64,000 bases of DNA from Minisyncoccota bacterium (lineage in GTDB: Bacteria; Patescibacteriota; Minisyncoccia; Phycocordibacterales; DSPV01), in contig JBAZSH010000003.1 of the NCBI GenBank assembly GCA_041662545.1, positions 1,250-65,249 of the forward strand. Reading direction: 5' to 3'. Both the position numbers and the translations under genes were made by a program. The notes under the pieces were generated by a model. That model saw only the letters and a program-made list of their open reading frames with translations, was not told where the DNA came from and searched no databases. This document shows, in pieces, positions 57,114 to 64,000 of the stretch; within the stretch, counting starts at the first letter, position 1, and each line of letters starts with the position of its first letter.

Positions 57114-57673
57114 ACCTCGTATTCAAAATAGCTATCGTAGGGGATTGTCCAATAACAGGTTTCTTCAACCGAAGCATTTTCCATAATTTTACGGAATAGT
57201 CGAATGGAGTTGCCGTGGGCGGAGATGGCGACATTTTTATTTTCCTGGCGAATTTTTACCAACAGGTCGTCAATGAATGATTGGACGCGAGTTTCTACCA
57301 TAGCGAAACTTTCACCGTTTGGCGGCGCCTCAAAAAAACCGCGATGGATCAAGTCAAATTTTTCTTGGCTATTTTGGGCAATGAAATCGGCATGTGTTGT
57401 GCCGTTCAGCGAGCCGTAATTTCTTTCAAGCATTCTATTGTCCTCAATGATTTCTTTGCAATCGGGATGGTATTTTAGCACCGCTTTTAAGGTGTCTCTG
57501 GAGCGTTGGAGTGAAGTTTGGTAGGCGATTTCAAAATTTTTGTCTTTGAGTTTTTCGGCAATAATTTCCGCTTGTTTCAAACCAAGTTCGGTCAATGGCG
57601 GGTCGTCAAAACCGGTGAATCGTCGGTCGCGATTGTAGATTGTCTGTCCGTGTCTAAAAATGTAGATTTTCAT
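57110..57673 (-). CDS. Histidine phosphatase family protein (phosphoglycerate mutase-like)
   Basis: [34 protein letters not shown] catalytic motif. Confidence 0.7.
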   Translation of the reverse strand: MKIYIFRHGQTIYNRDRRFTGFDDPPLTELGLKQAEIIAEKLKDKNFEIAYQTSLQRSRDTLKAVLKYHPDCKEIIEDNRMLERNYGSLNGTTHADFIAQNSQEKFDLIHRGFFEAPPNGESFAMVETRVQSFIDDLLVKIRQENKNVAISAHGNSIRLFRKIMENASVEETCYWTIPYDSYFEYEV

Positions 57674-58935
57674 ATACCTTCGCTTTCTATTTTTAAAAGT
57701 TCGTTATATTTCGCTAGCCGTTCGCCTCGGGCCGGCGCGCCGGCCTTAATAAACGGCGCCCCTAGACCGACCGCCAAGTGAGCGATGGAAGTGTCTAAAG
57801 TTTCGCCGGAGCGGTGGGAGACGATAATTTTAAAGCCGGCGCGTTCGGCCATTTTCGCCGTTTCAATAGTTTCCGTAACAGTGCCGATTTGATTTGGTTT
57901 GATAATAATGGCATTGGCGAGTTTTTGTTCAATGCCGATTTTTAGCCGTTTGGGATTGGTGGCGAATAAATCGTCGCCAACCAGCATTATTTTTTCACCA
58001 AGTTTTTCAGTAATAATTTTCCAGTTTTCCACATCATCTTCGGCTAGTGGATCTTCCAGCGATATAATCGGATATTTTGTCAGCCAGTTTTCATAAAGCG
58101 CGATTAGTTCCGAGGCCGACAATTTTTTATCATCTCTTTTCAAAAAATATTTTCCATCAGCAAAAAATTCGCCAGCCGCCGCGTCCAAAGCAATTTTTGT
58201 TTCATCATCTTTTCCAATTGCTTCCACAATTATTTCCAACGCCGCTTCATTTGAAGGTAATGGGGGAGCAAAACCGCCTTCGTCGCCGACGGTTGTCGGT
58301 AGATTTTTTTCTTCCAGATTTTTTTTAAGGGCGTGATAAATTTCTGTGCCTCGGCGCATTTTCTCGGCAAAATTTTCGCCACTTGGCACTATCATAAATT
58401 CCTGAATATCAGTGGAATTGTTCGCGTGTCGGCCGCCGTTTAAAATATTGAACATTGGCGTTGGTAGGGTGGGCCCGCCCGCCATCGCTACGCTCAGGCG
58501 TTGGCCGGCGGGTTTTTCTGTGCCAGCGATTTTAGCGAAATACTGCCAGAGTTTTTGCTGGCGACTGGCGGCATTGGCTTTGGCAAAAGCCAACGAGGTG
58601 GCAAGAATAGCGTTAGCGCCGAGTCGACTTTTATTTTCCGTGCCGTCTTCCTCAATTAGCAGCCGGTCAAAATCTTTTTGTTCTAATTCTAATCCAACAA
58701 TAATTTTCGCAATTTTTTCATTAATATTTGCCACCGCCTTCAGAACGCCTTTGCCGTCGTAACAGGCTGGGTCGCCATCGCGCAGTTCCAACGCTTCAAA
58801 TTTTCCGGTGGAAGCGCCACTGGGCACAGCCGCGATACCAACAGCATCATCGGAAAGCAAAATTTCCGCCTCTACCGTCGGCTCGTCGCGTGAGTCCAAA
58901 ATTTCTCGAGCTTTAATTCTCTCAATTGTCGCCAT
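57670..58935 (-). CDS. eno: Enolase (phosphopyruvate hydratase)
   Basis: [23 protein letters not shown]-terminus, [18 protein letters not shown] active-site block. Confidence 0.9.
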   Translation of the reverse strand: MATIERIKAREILDSRDEPTVEAEILLSDDAVGIAAVPSGASTGKFEALELRDGDPACYDGKGVLKAVANINEKIAKIIVGLELEQKDFDRLLIEEDGTENKSRLGANAILATSLAFAKANAASRQQKLWQYFAKIAGTEKPAGQRLSVAMAGGPTLPTPMFNILNGGRHANNSTDIQEFMIVPSGENFAEKMRRGTEIYHALKKNLEEKNLPTTVGDEGGFAPPLPSNEAALEIIVEAIGKDDETKIALDAAAGEFFADGKYFLKRDDKKLSASELIALYENWLTKYPIISLEDPLAEDDVENWKIITEKLGEKIMLVGDDLFATNPKRLKIGIEQKLANAIIIKPNQIGTVTETIETAKMAERAGFKIIVSHRSGETLDTSIAHLAVGLGAPFIKAGAPARGERLAKYNELLKIESEGI

Positions 58936-58977
58936 ATTGCTATTATAACTCGTTTTTGTAATAATTATTAGTACTTT

Positions 58978-60000
58978 ATGCCCCGTCGCATTTCCATAAC
59001 TTTCTTTTTGATTTTGCTGGCCATTGCGTTGGTGTTATCTTTTTTCGTCCTGCGACCTTATCTTGGAGCTTTGTTTATGGCCTTGGTTTTTTATATTTCC
59101 CTTAAACCGGTCTACGAATTTTTGCTGAAAATTTTCGGCGGCCGGGCGGGTCTAACTTCGCTGGTGGTGGTGGCGGCAACGGTTTTGGTAATTCTCGCGC
59201 CGCTGGTGATTTTTGGCTTCACTTTGTTTGATGATGCTTCCAACCTTTATTTAAAAATCGCCGATAATGCCGAACGGATTGGTTATACCGCCAAAATCAA
59301 CACCTTTATTGAAAAATACATTGGAACTTTCGCGCCTGAAGCGGTATTGGATTTGGAAGGTTATATCAAAAATTTTCTGGCTTTGGTGGTTAGCCACCTT
59401 GGTTTGGTTTTTTCCAGTTTGGCGGAATTGGCGGTTAACGCGGTCATTATGCTGTTCGCTTTATTTTTCTTATTTCGTGATGGTCCAAAATTTAAGAAAG
59501 AACTTTTTGGTTGGAGTCCTTTGGCGGATAATTACGACCAAGATATTTTTGATTTTACCCAGGAAGCGGTTAACGCTGTAGTGTACGGTTCGCTGCTGGT
59601 CGGCATTGTCCAGGGAATTCTGGTCGGTGTCGGCTTCGCGGTTTTTGGCGTGCCCAGCGCCGTTTTGTGGGGCGCTTTGGCGGCCATCGCTTCGCTTATT
59701 CCTACCATTGGCACGGCGGTTATTGTGATTCCCGCCGTTGCTTATTTAATTATTGTTTCTAGTCCGGTGTTGGCGATTGGCTTGGCGGTCTGGGGCTTTT
59801 TCGTCGTTGGTTTGTCTGATAATTTTCTCAAGCCGATTTTGATGAATCGCGGAGCTCGTTTACAACCACTAATCGTGTTGTTGTCGGTTTTGGGCGGCAT
59901 TGCTTTTTTTGGTCCCATCGGTTTTATCGCCGGTCCGGTTATCGTTAGTTTTGGTTTATCGCTGTTTCGGCTTTATCCGTTGATTTTGAAAAATTCCTGA
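58978..60000 (+). CDS. AI-2E family (UPF0118/PerM-like) transporter
   Basis: 340 aa, about 8 TM helices with the long cytoplasmic loop and Gly-rich C-terminal helices typical of the family. Confidence 0.45.
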   Translation: MPRRISITFFLILLAIALVLSFFVLRPYLGALFMALVFYISLKPVYEFLLKIFGGRAGLTSLVVVAATVLVILAPLVIFGFTLFDDASNLYLKIADNAERIGYTAKINTFIEKYIGTFAPEAVLDLEGYIKNFLALVVSHLGLVFSSLAELAVNAVIMLFALFFLFRDGPKFKKELFGWSPLADNYDQDIFDFTQEAVNAVVYGSLLVGIVQGILVGVGFAVFGVPSAVLWGALAAIASLIPTIGTAVIVIPAVAYLIIVSSPVLAIGLAVWGFFVVGLSDNFLKPILMNRGARLQPLIVLLSVLGGIAFFGPIGFIAGPVIVSFGLSLFRLYPLILKNS

Positions 60001-60003
60001 TTT

Positions 60004-60900
60004 ATGAAAATTATTACTCACAACGGCAACTTTCACGCTGACGATGTTTTTGGTGTGGCTACTTTGCTAATTAATTTTGCTGGCGAATCAAAAGAACCGA
60101 AAATTATTCGCACTCGCGATCCGGAGACAATTAAGACCGGCGACATTGTTTTGGATGTCGGTGGTGAATATGATGAAGCGCACAATCGTTTTGACCATCA
60201 CCAAATTGGTGGAGCGGGTGAACGGGCCAACGGTGTGCCTTATGCTTCCTTCGGTTTAATTTGGAAAAAATTTGGCGTCGCCATCGCCGGAGGTAGTGAA
60301 ATTTTTGAACTGGTGGATAAAAATTTAGTTCAATTTATTGACGCTGCCGACAATGGAGTTGGTCAGCTAAAACCTTTTGTTGCTGAAACTCTTCCTTATA
60401 CCATTGATAAAGCGGTTGATATTTTTAATCCCAGCTGGCGCGACGAAAAACGCGATTTTGATGGCTGGTTTTTGCAAGCGGTCGCTTTTGCCGCCGGTGT
60501 TTTAAAAAGAGAGATTCAATTAGCTAAAGAAATTTTGGAAAGTGAAGCAATGGTTGAGCAAGCTTATAATAATGCCACCGACAAAAGAATTGTTGTTTTA
60601 GATAAACAGTATCATTGGGAGGAAATTATCAGAAAACATTCAGAACCGCTTTTTGTCATTGAACCTAAATTAGGAGAGGGTGATGCTGTTGTCTGGCGGG
60701 TCGGTGCTGTTAGAGACACTAAACAAGCCTTTATTAATCGCCGAGATTTGCCGATAGAGTGGGCAGGAAAAAGAGATGAAGAATTGGTGAAAGTTACCGG
60801 CGTAGCCGATGCGCTTTTTTGCCACAATAAACTTTTCGTTACCTATGCCAAATCCAAAGAAGGAGCAATTGAGTTAGCCAAGCGAGCGCTAGAAAATTGA
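60004..60900 (+). CDS. MYG1/UPF0160 family metal-dependent hydrolase
   Basis: MKIITHNGNFHADDVFGVATLL N-terminal His-rich metal-binding signature of MYG1 proteins. Confidence 0.65.
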   Translation: MKIITHNGNFHADDVFGVATLLINFAGESKEPKIIRTRDPETIKTGDIVLDVGGEYDEAHNRFDHHQIGGAGERANGVPYASFGLIWKKFGVAIAGGSEIFELVDKNLVQFIDAADNGVGQLKPFVAETLPYTIDKAVDIFNPSWRDEKRDFDGWFLQAVAFAAGVLKREIQLAKEILESEAMVEQAYNNATDKRIVVLDKQYHWEEIIRKHSEPLFVIEPKLGEGDAVVWRVGAVRDTKQAFINRRDLPIEWAGKRDEELVKVTGVADALFCHNKLFVTYAKSKEGAIELAKRALEN

Positions 60901-60901
60901 T

Positions 60902-61870
60902 ATGCTTATCGACGAATTAAAAATTCATTTGAGAGCCGGTAATGGCGGTACTGGCGTGGTGCGTTGGCGTCACGAAAAAGGCAAAGAATTTGCCGGACCG
61001 GGTGGTGGCAATGGCGGCAAAGGCGGTGATGTTTTCGCAAAAGCGATTCGCGATGTCGGTGGCTTGTTGCGCTACCGTCATGTTAAAGAACTCTCGGCGG
61101 GTAAAGGCGGTGATGGCGAAAATTTTGGCCGACACGGCAAAAATGGCGACGATCTAGTTTTGGAATTGCCCATTGGTTCGGTTTTGATAAATGCCGAAAC
61201 TCGCGAGCAGTTTGAATTATTGAACGAAGGCGAAACAATAAAAATTTTACAAGGCGGTCGCGGCGGTTTGGGCAATGAACATTTCAAAACATCTCTTAAC
61301 ACTTCACCGCGCGAAAGCACCTCTGGTAATGCCGCCGAGGTAGCTGATTTTTCTATTGAATTGCGTTTATTTGCCGATGTCGGAATTATTGGCTTGCCCA
61401 ATGCCGGTAAATCGTCGTTGCTGAATGCTTTGTCGGCGGCGCATGCTAGAGTTGGCGATTATCCGTTTACCACTTTGGAACCCAATCTCGGCACTCTTTA
61501 TGATTTTGTTTTGGCTGACATTCCCGGTTTGATTGAAGGCGCGGCGGAAGGTAAGGGTTTAGGTCATAAATTTTTGCGCCACATTCGCCGGACGAAAATC
61601 TTACTTCACTGTATTTCTTTGGAAAATCCCGATGTGGCCGTCGTTTGGCAGACAGTTAGAGAGGAATTAAAAAAATACGACCCGGAGCTGTTAGACAAAA
61701 AAGAAATAGTAGTTTTGACCAAGTCGGACTTGGTTGATAAAGCAACGCTCAAAAAAACCGAAAAAGCGTCAAAAAAACTTTGTCCCACTACCCTCACCAT
61801 TTCTACTTTAGACGATCAGTCAATTAAAAATTTCTCCGATTCACTTGTGAAAATTTTACGAGAGTTGTAA
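60902..61870 (+). CDS. obg: GTPase Obg
   Basis: N-terminal glycine-rich Obg fold (GGNGGKGGDV), G1 ADVGIIGLPNAGKSSLL, G3 DIPGLIEGA. Confidence 0.85.
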   Translation: MLIDELKIHLRAGNGGTGVVRWRHEKGKEFAGPGGGNGGKGGDVFAKAIRDVGGLLRYRHVKELSAGKGGDGENFGRHGKNGDDLVLELPIGSVLINAETREQFELLNEGETIKILQGGRGGLGNEHFKTSLNTSPRESTSGNAAEVADFSIELRLFADVGIIGLPNAGKSSLLNALSAAHARVGDYPFTTLEPNLGTLYDFVLADIPGLIEGAAEGKGLGHKFLRHIRRTKILLHCISLENPDVAVVWQTVREELKKYDPELLDKKEIVVLTKSDLVDKATLKKTEKASKKLCPTTLTISTLDDQSIKNFSDSLVKILREL

Positions 61871-61874
61871 GCTA

Positions 61875-63308
61875 TTGTTAATGAAATATACTCCGACGAT
61901 TGGTTTAGAAATTCATGCGGAATTGAAAACGCAGACGAAGATGTTTTGCAATTCCAAAAATGACCCCGATGAATCGCGGGCCAATGTTAATGTTTGCCCA
62001 GTTTGTATGGGGCATCCGGGCACTTTGCCAGTGGTTAATAAGGAGGCGGTTAAAAGTGTTTTGAAAGTTGGACTAGCGCTTGGTGGTAAATTAGCCGATT
62101 TTACCGAATTTGATAGAAAAAATTATTTTTATCCCGACATTCCAAAAGGTTATCAAATCAGTCAGTATAAATATCCACTTGTTTCTGGCGGAGAATTAAA
62201 TGGCGTAAAAATAACTCGGGTACATCTTGAAGAAGATACGGGCACATCTTTACATGAAGAGGGGGGTTATTCGCTTGTTGATTACAATCGCGCTGGTGTG
62301 CCACTAATGGAATTGGTTACCGAGCCGGTACTTCATTCGGCGAAAGAAGCAGCGGATTTTGCTCGCGAGCTTCAATTGTTATTGCGTTATCTACGAGTAG
62401 CTGAAGCCAATATGGAAAAGGGAGAAATGCGGGTAGAGGCAAATATCTCAGTTAAAAGGTCAGACCTTTCTCCAGATTTAAGGTCTGACCTTAAACTAGG
62501 AACAAAAGTGGAGGTGAAAAATCTAAACAGTTTCAAGGCGGTGGAGAAAGCGATTGAATATGAAATAGAAAGACAGGCAGAAGTTTTGGAAAGGGGAGAA
62601 TCGGTGGTACAAGAAACTCGCGGTTGGGATGATAAAAAAGGCGAAACCTTTTCCCAGCGGCAAAAAGAAGAGTCGCATGATTACCGATATTTTCCCGAAC
62701 CCGATATTCTAAAACTGAAATTAAGTGAGCTGTCCGAGTTTGCCGAAGAAACTCTCGAAAAAGAATTACCAGAATTACCTTGGGCAAAAAGGCAACGATA
62801 TGCCAAAGATTTTGATATCAAGGCAAGCGACATAGAAATTTTTGTTCAAGACCAGAGATTAGCAGAATTTTTTGAATCAGTTGCAAGGTTGAACCTTGAA
62901 TCGGAAAAAAGGTTCAACCTTAATTTCTTAAAATTGGCGGCTAATTATATTATCAATGACGGTGTAGACGCGAAGATTACATCGGAGAATTTTGCTGAGT
63001 TAATCACAATGGTAAATAAGGGTGAACTTTCTTCTCGTGGTGCCAAAGATGTCTTGGCGGCGATGGTTCAAAAAGGCAACTCAAAACCAATCGAGATTGC
63101 TCAAAAACTTGGTTTGCTCCAAAAAAATGATGAGGTAGTATTAGAAAAAATTGTTAAAAAAGCCATTGACGACAATCCAAAAGTTGTTTCCGAGTATAAA
63201 GCTGGCAAAATTACTTCTCTGGAGTATTTGGTGGGGCAGGGGATGAAAATCTCTAAGGGTTCGGCCAATCCCGCTGTCTTACGCCAATTGCTTATGAAAC
63301 ACCTCTAA
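61875..63308 (+). CDS. gatB: Asp-tRNA(Asn)/Glu-tRNA(Gln) amidotransferase subunit B
   Basis: PTIGLEIHAELKT, VCPVCMGHPGTLPV, ANISV...GTKVEVKNLNSF blocks; contains an in-frame palindromic insertion. Confidence 0.85.
   Translation: MLMKYTPTIGLEIHAELKTQTKMFCNSKNDPDESRANVNVCPVCMGHPGTLPVVNKEAVKSVLKVGLALGGKLADFTEFDRKNYFYPDIPKGYQISQYKYPLVSGGELNGVKITRVHLEEDTGTSLHEEGGYSLVDYNRAGVPLMELVTEPVLHSAKEAADFARELQLLLRYLRVAEANMEKGEMRVEANISVKRSDLSPDLRSDLKLGTKVEVKNLNSFKAVEKAIEYEIERQAEVLERGESVVQETRGWDDKKGETFSQRQKEESHDYRYFPEPDILKLKLSELSEFAEETLEKELPELPWAKRQRYAKDFDIKASDIEIFVQDQRLAEFFESVARLNLESEKRFNLNFLKLAANYIINDGVDAKITSENFAELITMVNKGELSSRGAKDVLAAMVQKGNSKPIEIAQKLGLLQKNDEVVLEKIVKKAIDDNPKVVSEYKAGKITSLEYLVGQGMKISKGSANPAVLRQLLMKHL
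62454..62494. repeat. About 41 bp palindromic element (AAAGGTCAGACCTTT ... TAAGGTCTGACCTTA, 11 nt spacer) in-frame inside gatB; same family as argS element at 10256
   Basis: Arms are exact reverse complements; spacer is approximately the reverse complement of the argS spacer. Confidence 0.6.
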
Positions 63309-63364
63309 TTTTTTTTGAAAAGGGTGTGAAACGCGAGAAAAGCTAAAATTTAAGCCAAATAATT

Positions 63365-63392
63365 CATCTCGGCTAGCCGAGATGTTGTTTTG
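63365..63392 (+). terminator. Rho-independent terminator candidate downstream of gatB
   Basis: Hairpin CATCTCGG-ctag-CCGAGATG followed by TTGTTTTGT. Confidence 0.45.
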
Positions 63393-63678
63393 TAACAAAA
63401 TTTCCGTTGCGTTTGCCAAATTCTTTCTCGGCACAGGTTTGTCGGGGCACGGATAAATTTCTACTGAAATTTTCCTCGTGTTCGCGCCAGTCGCGCTCGC
63501 AAGCCCCCGCCAAACCTATGCCTTCAATGAATTTGGCTGATTTATCATTTCCGAAGCCGCAGTATTAAAATTTTTATACGCGTCGGAGCCCACCCCGTCT
63601 TCGGGGAAGGGTGAAGCGGAAAAAATTTTGATATTGCGGTGGAGGAATTTCTAAACGAAAAAGAGTTTTGCGACTAAT
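63393..63678 (+). ncRNA. Candidate structured non-coding RNA or long 5' leader (unclassified)
   Basis: About 286 nt without ORF, locally GC-richer than flanks (CGCGCCAGTCGCGCTCGCAAGCCCCCGCC; GGAGCCCACCCCGTCTTCGGGGAAGGGTGAAGCGG with UUCG-type hairpin), bracketed by two near-identical terminator-like hairpins. Confidence 0.25.
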
Positions 63679-63710
63679 CATCTCGGATAACCGAGATGAC
63701 TTTATTTATC
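63679..63710 (+). terminator. Second terminator/attenuator-like hairpin, near-duplicate of 63365..63392
   Basis: CATCTCGG-ataa-CCGAGATG followed by ACTTTATTTAT; 55 nt upstream of next start codon. Confidence 0.4.
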
Positions 63711-63743
63711 CACAGTTTTATTGACCTTCTCGGATGAAAAATT

Positions 63744-63752
63744 TGGTATAAT
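63744..63752 (+). promoter_or_regulatory. Extended -10 promoter element candidate (TGGTATAAT)
   Basis: TGn-TATAAT read directly, 14 nt upstream of ATG 63766. Confidence 0.25.
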
Positions 63753-63765
63753 TTTGATTATAAAA

Positions 63766-64000
63766 ATGCCAAAAAACGAGTTCATCCTAGCAGGTAAAAA
63801 ATTCATCACTTCCAAAAAAGCGGCGGCGCTTTTTGGCTACACTCAGGACTATGTAGGTCAGCTTTGTCGTGGCGAAAAAGTTGATGCCCGGCGCGTCGGT
63901 AGAACTTGGTATGTTAGTGAAAAGTCCATTTTAGAACACAAAAGACTTTTCAACGGTGCGACGGTTTTGAAAAAAGAAGAGATTGCCCCAAAAGATGCCA
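63766..64000 (+). CDS. Hypothetical protein, N-terminal part (3' end beyond window)
   Basis: Open frame from ATG 63766 to window end (MPKNEFILAGKKFITSKKAAALFGYTQDYVGQLCRGEKVDARRVGRTWYVSEKSILEHKR); not in supplied ORF track because it is truncated. Confidence 0.4.
   Translation, partial: MPKNEFILAGKKFITSKKAAALFGYTQDYVGQLCRGEKVDARRVGRTWYVSEKSILEHKRLFNGATVLKKEEIAPKDA

Noticed and set aside
63393-63678. RNase P RNA, tmRNA or SRP RNA in the ORF-free segment
   Set aside because: Searched by eye for the P4 strands (AGGAAAGUCCGGGCUCC / ACAGAACCCGGCUUA), the tmRNA tRNA-like T-arm plus tag-peptide reading frame, and the SRP GGAAGCAG motif. None were present, so it is left as unclassified.

Overview
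This 64 kb window is AT-rich, gene-dense and bacterial. It resembles a small-genome Candidate Phyla Radiation / Patescibacteria chromosome: short intergenic spaces, many 4-nt ATGA start/stop overlaps, tRNA genes with no encoded CCA, and wall-less-style housekeeping. That lineage assignment is inference. The window has three parts.

- **Housekeeping at 1-11.8 kb:** FtsH C-terminus, tRNA-Ile(UAU), an O-antigen-ligase-like/TPR membrane protein, MurJ, ScpA, a compact dTMP-cycle cluster (dCMP deaminase, P-loop dNMP-kinase-like, FolA, ThyA, GlyA, Tmk) and ArgS.
- **Cell-surface glycan island at about 11.8-49.8 kb (roughly 38 kb):** >=7 GT4 glycosyltransferases, one of them a tandem double-GT4. Two GDP-mannose 4,6-dehydratases, one followed by a ColD-type 3-dehydratase whose PLP lysine is replaced by His (colitose-like 3,6-dideoxyhexose route). 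A GtrA / GT-C / GT2-methyltransferase-fusion polyprenyl-phosphate module. A NUDIX hydrolase and an RmlD-like reductase. At least 7 SAM methyltransferases, including a TylF-type sugar O-methyltransferase. Four paralogs of a TagF/CDP-glycerol-glycerophosphotransferase-like family. A Wzx-like flippase. A PAPS-reductase (CysH-like) gene immediately upstream of a UDP-sulfoquinovose synthase (SQD1/SqdB/Agl3-like). Two separate nonulosonic (sialic-acid-like) modules, each neuC-like + neuB-like + neuA-like + D-2-hydroxyacid dehydrogenase. The island is closed by a second O-antigen-ligase/TPR paralog. This combination of sulfoquinovose, two nonulosonic acids, a 3,6-dideoxyhexose, glycerol-phosphate-type transferases and heavy methylation in one locus is the main candidate for a novel system.
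- **Housekeeping at 52-64 kb:** HPF, cyclophilin, Fmt, Def, UDG, a tRNA-Val / tRNA-Pro / tRNA-Ala cluster, an HldE/TagD-like cytidylyltransferase, DedA, enolase, Gpm-like phosphatase, AI-2E transporter, MYG1, Obg and GatB.

Further anomalies:
- tRNA-Pro(CGG) sits nested inside a split second copy of itself, flanked by imperfect inverted repeats.
- A family of about 40 bp palindromic elements is inserted in-frame in argS (twice) and gatB.
- A GC-richer ORF-free segment of about 290 nt after gatB, bracketed by two near-identical hairpins, may be an ncRNA or leader.

All functional calls rest on motif and sequence recognition by eye. No database search was run.
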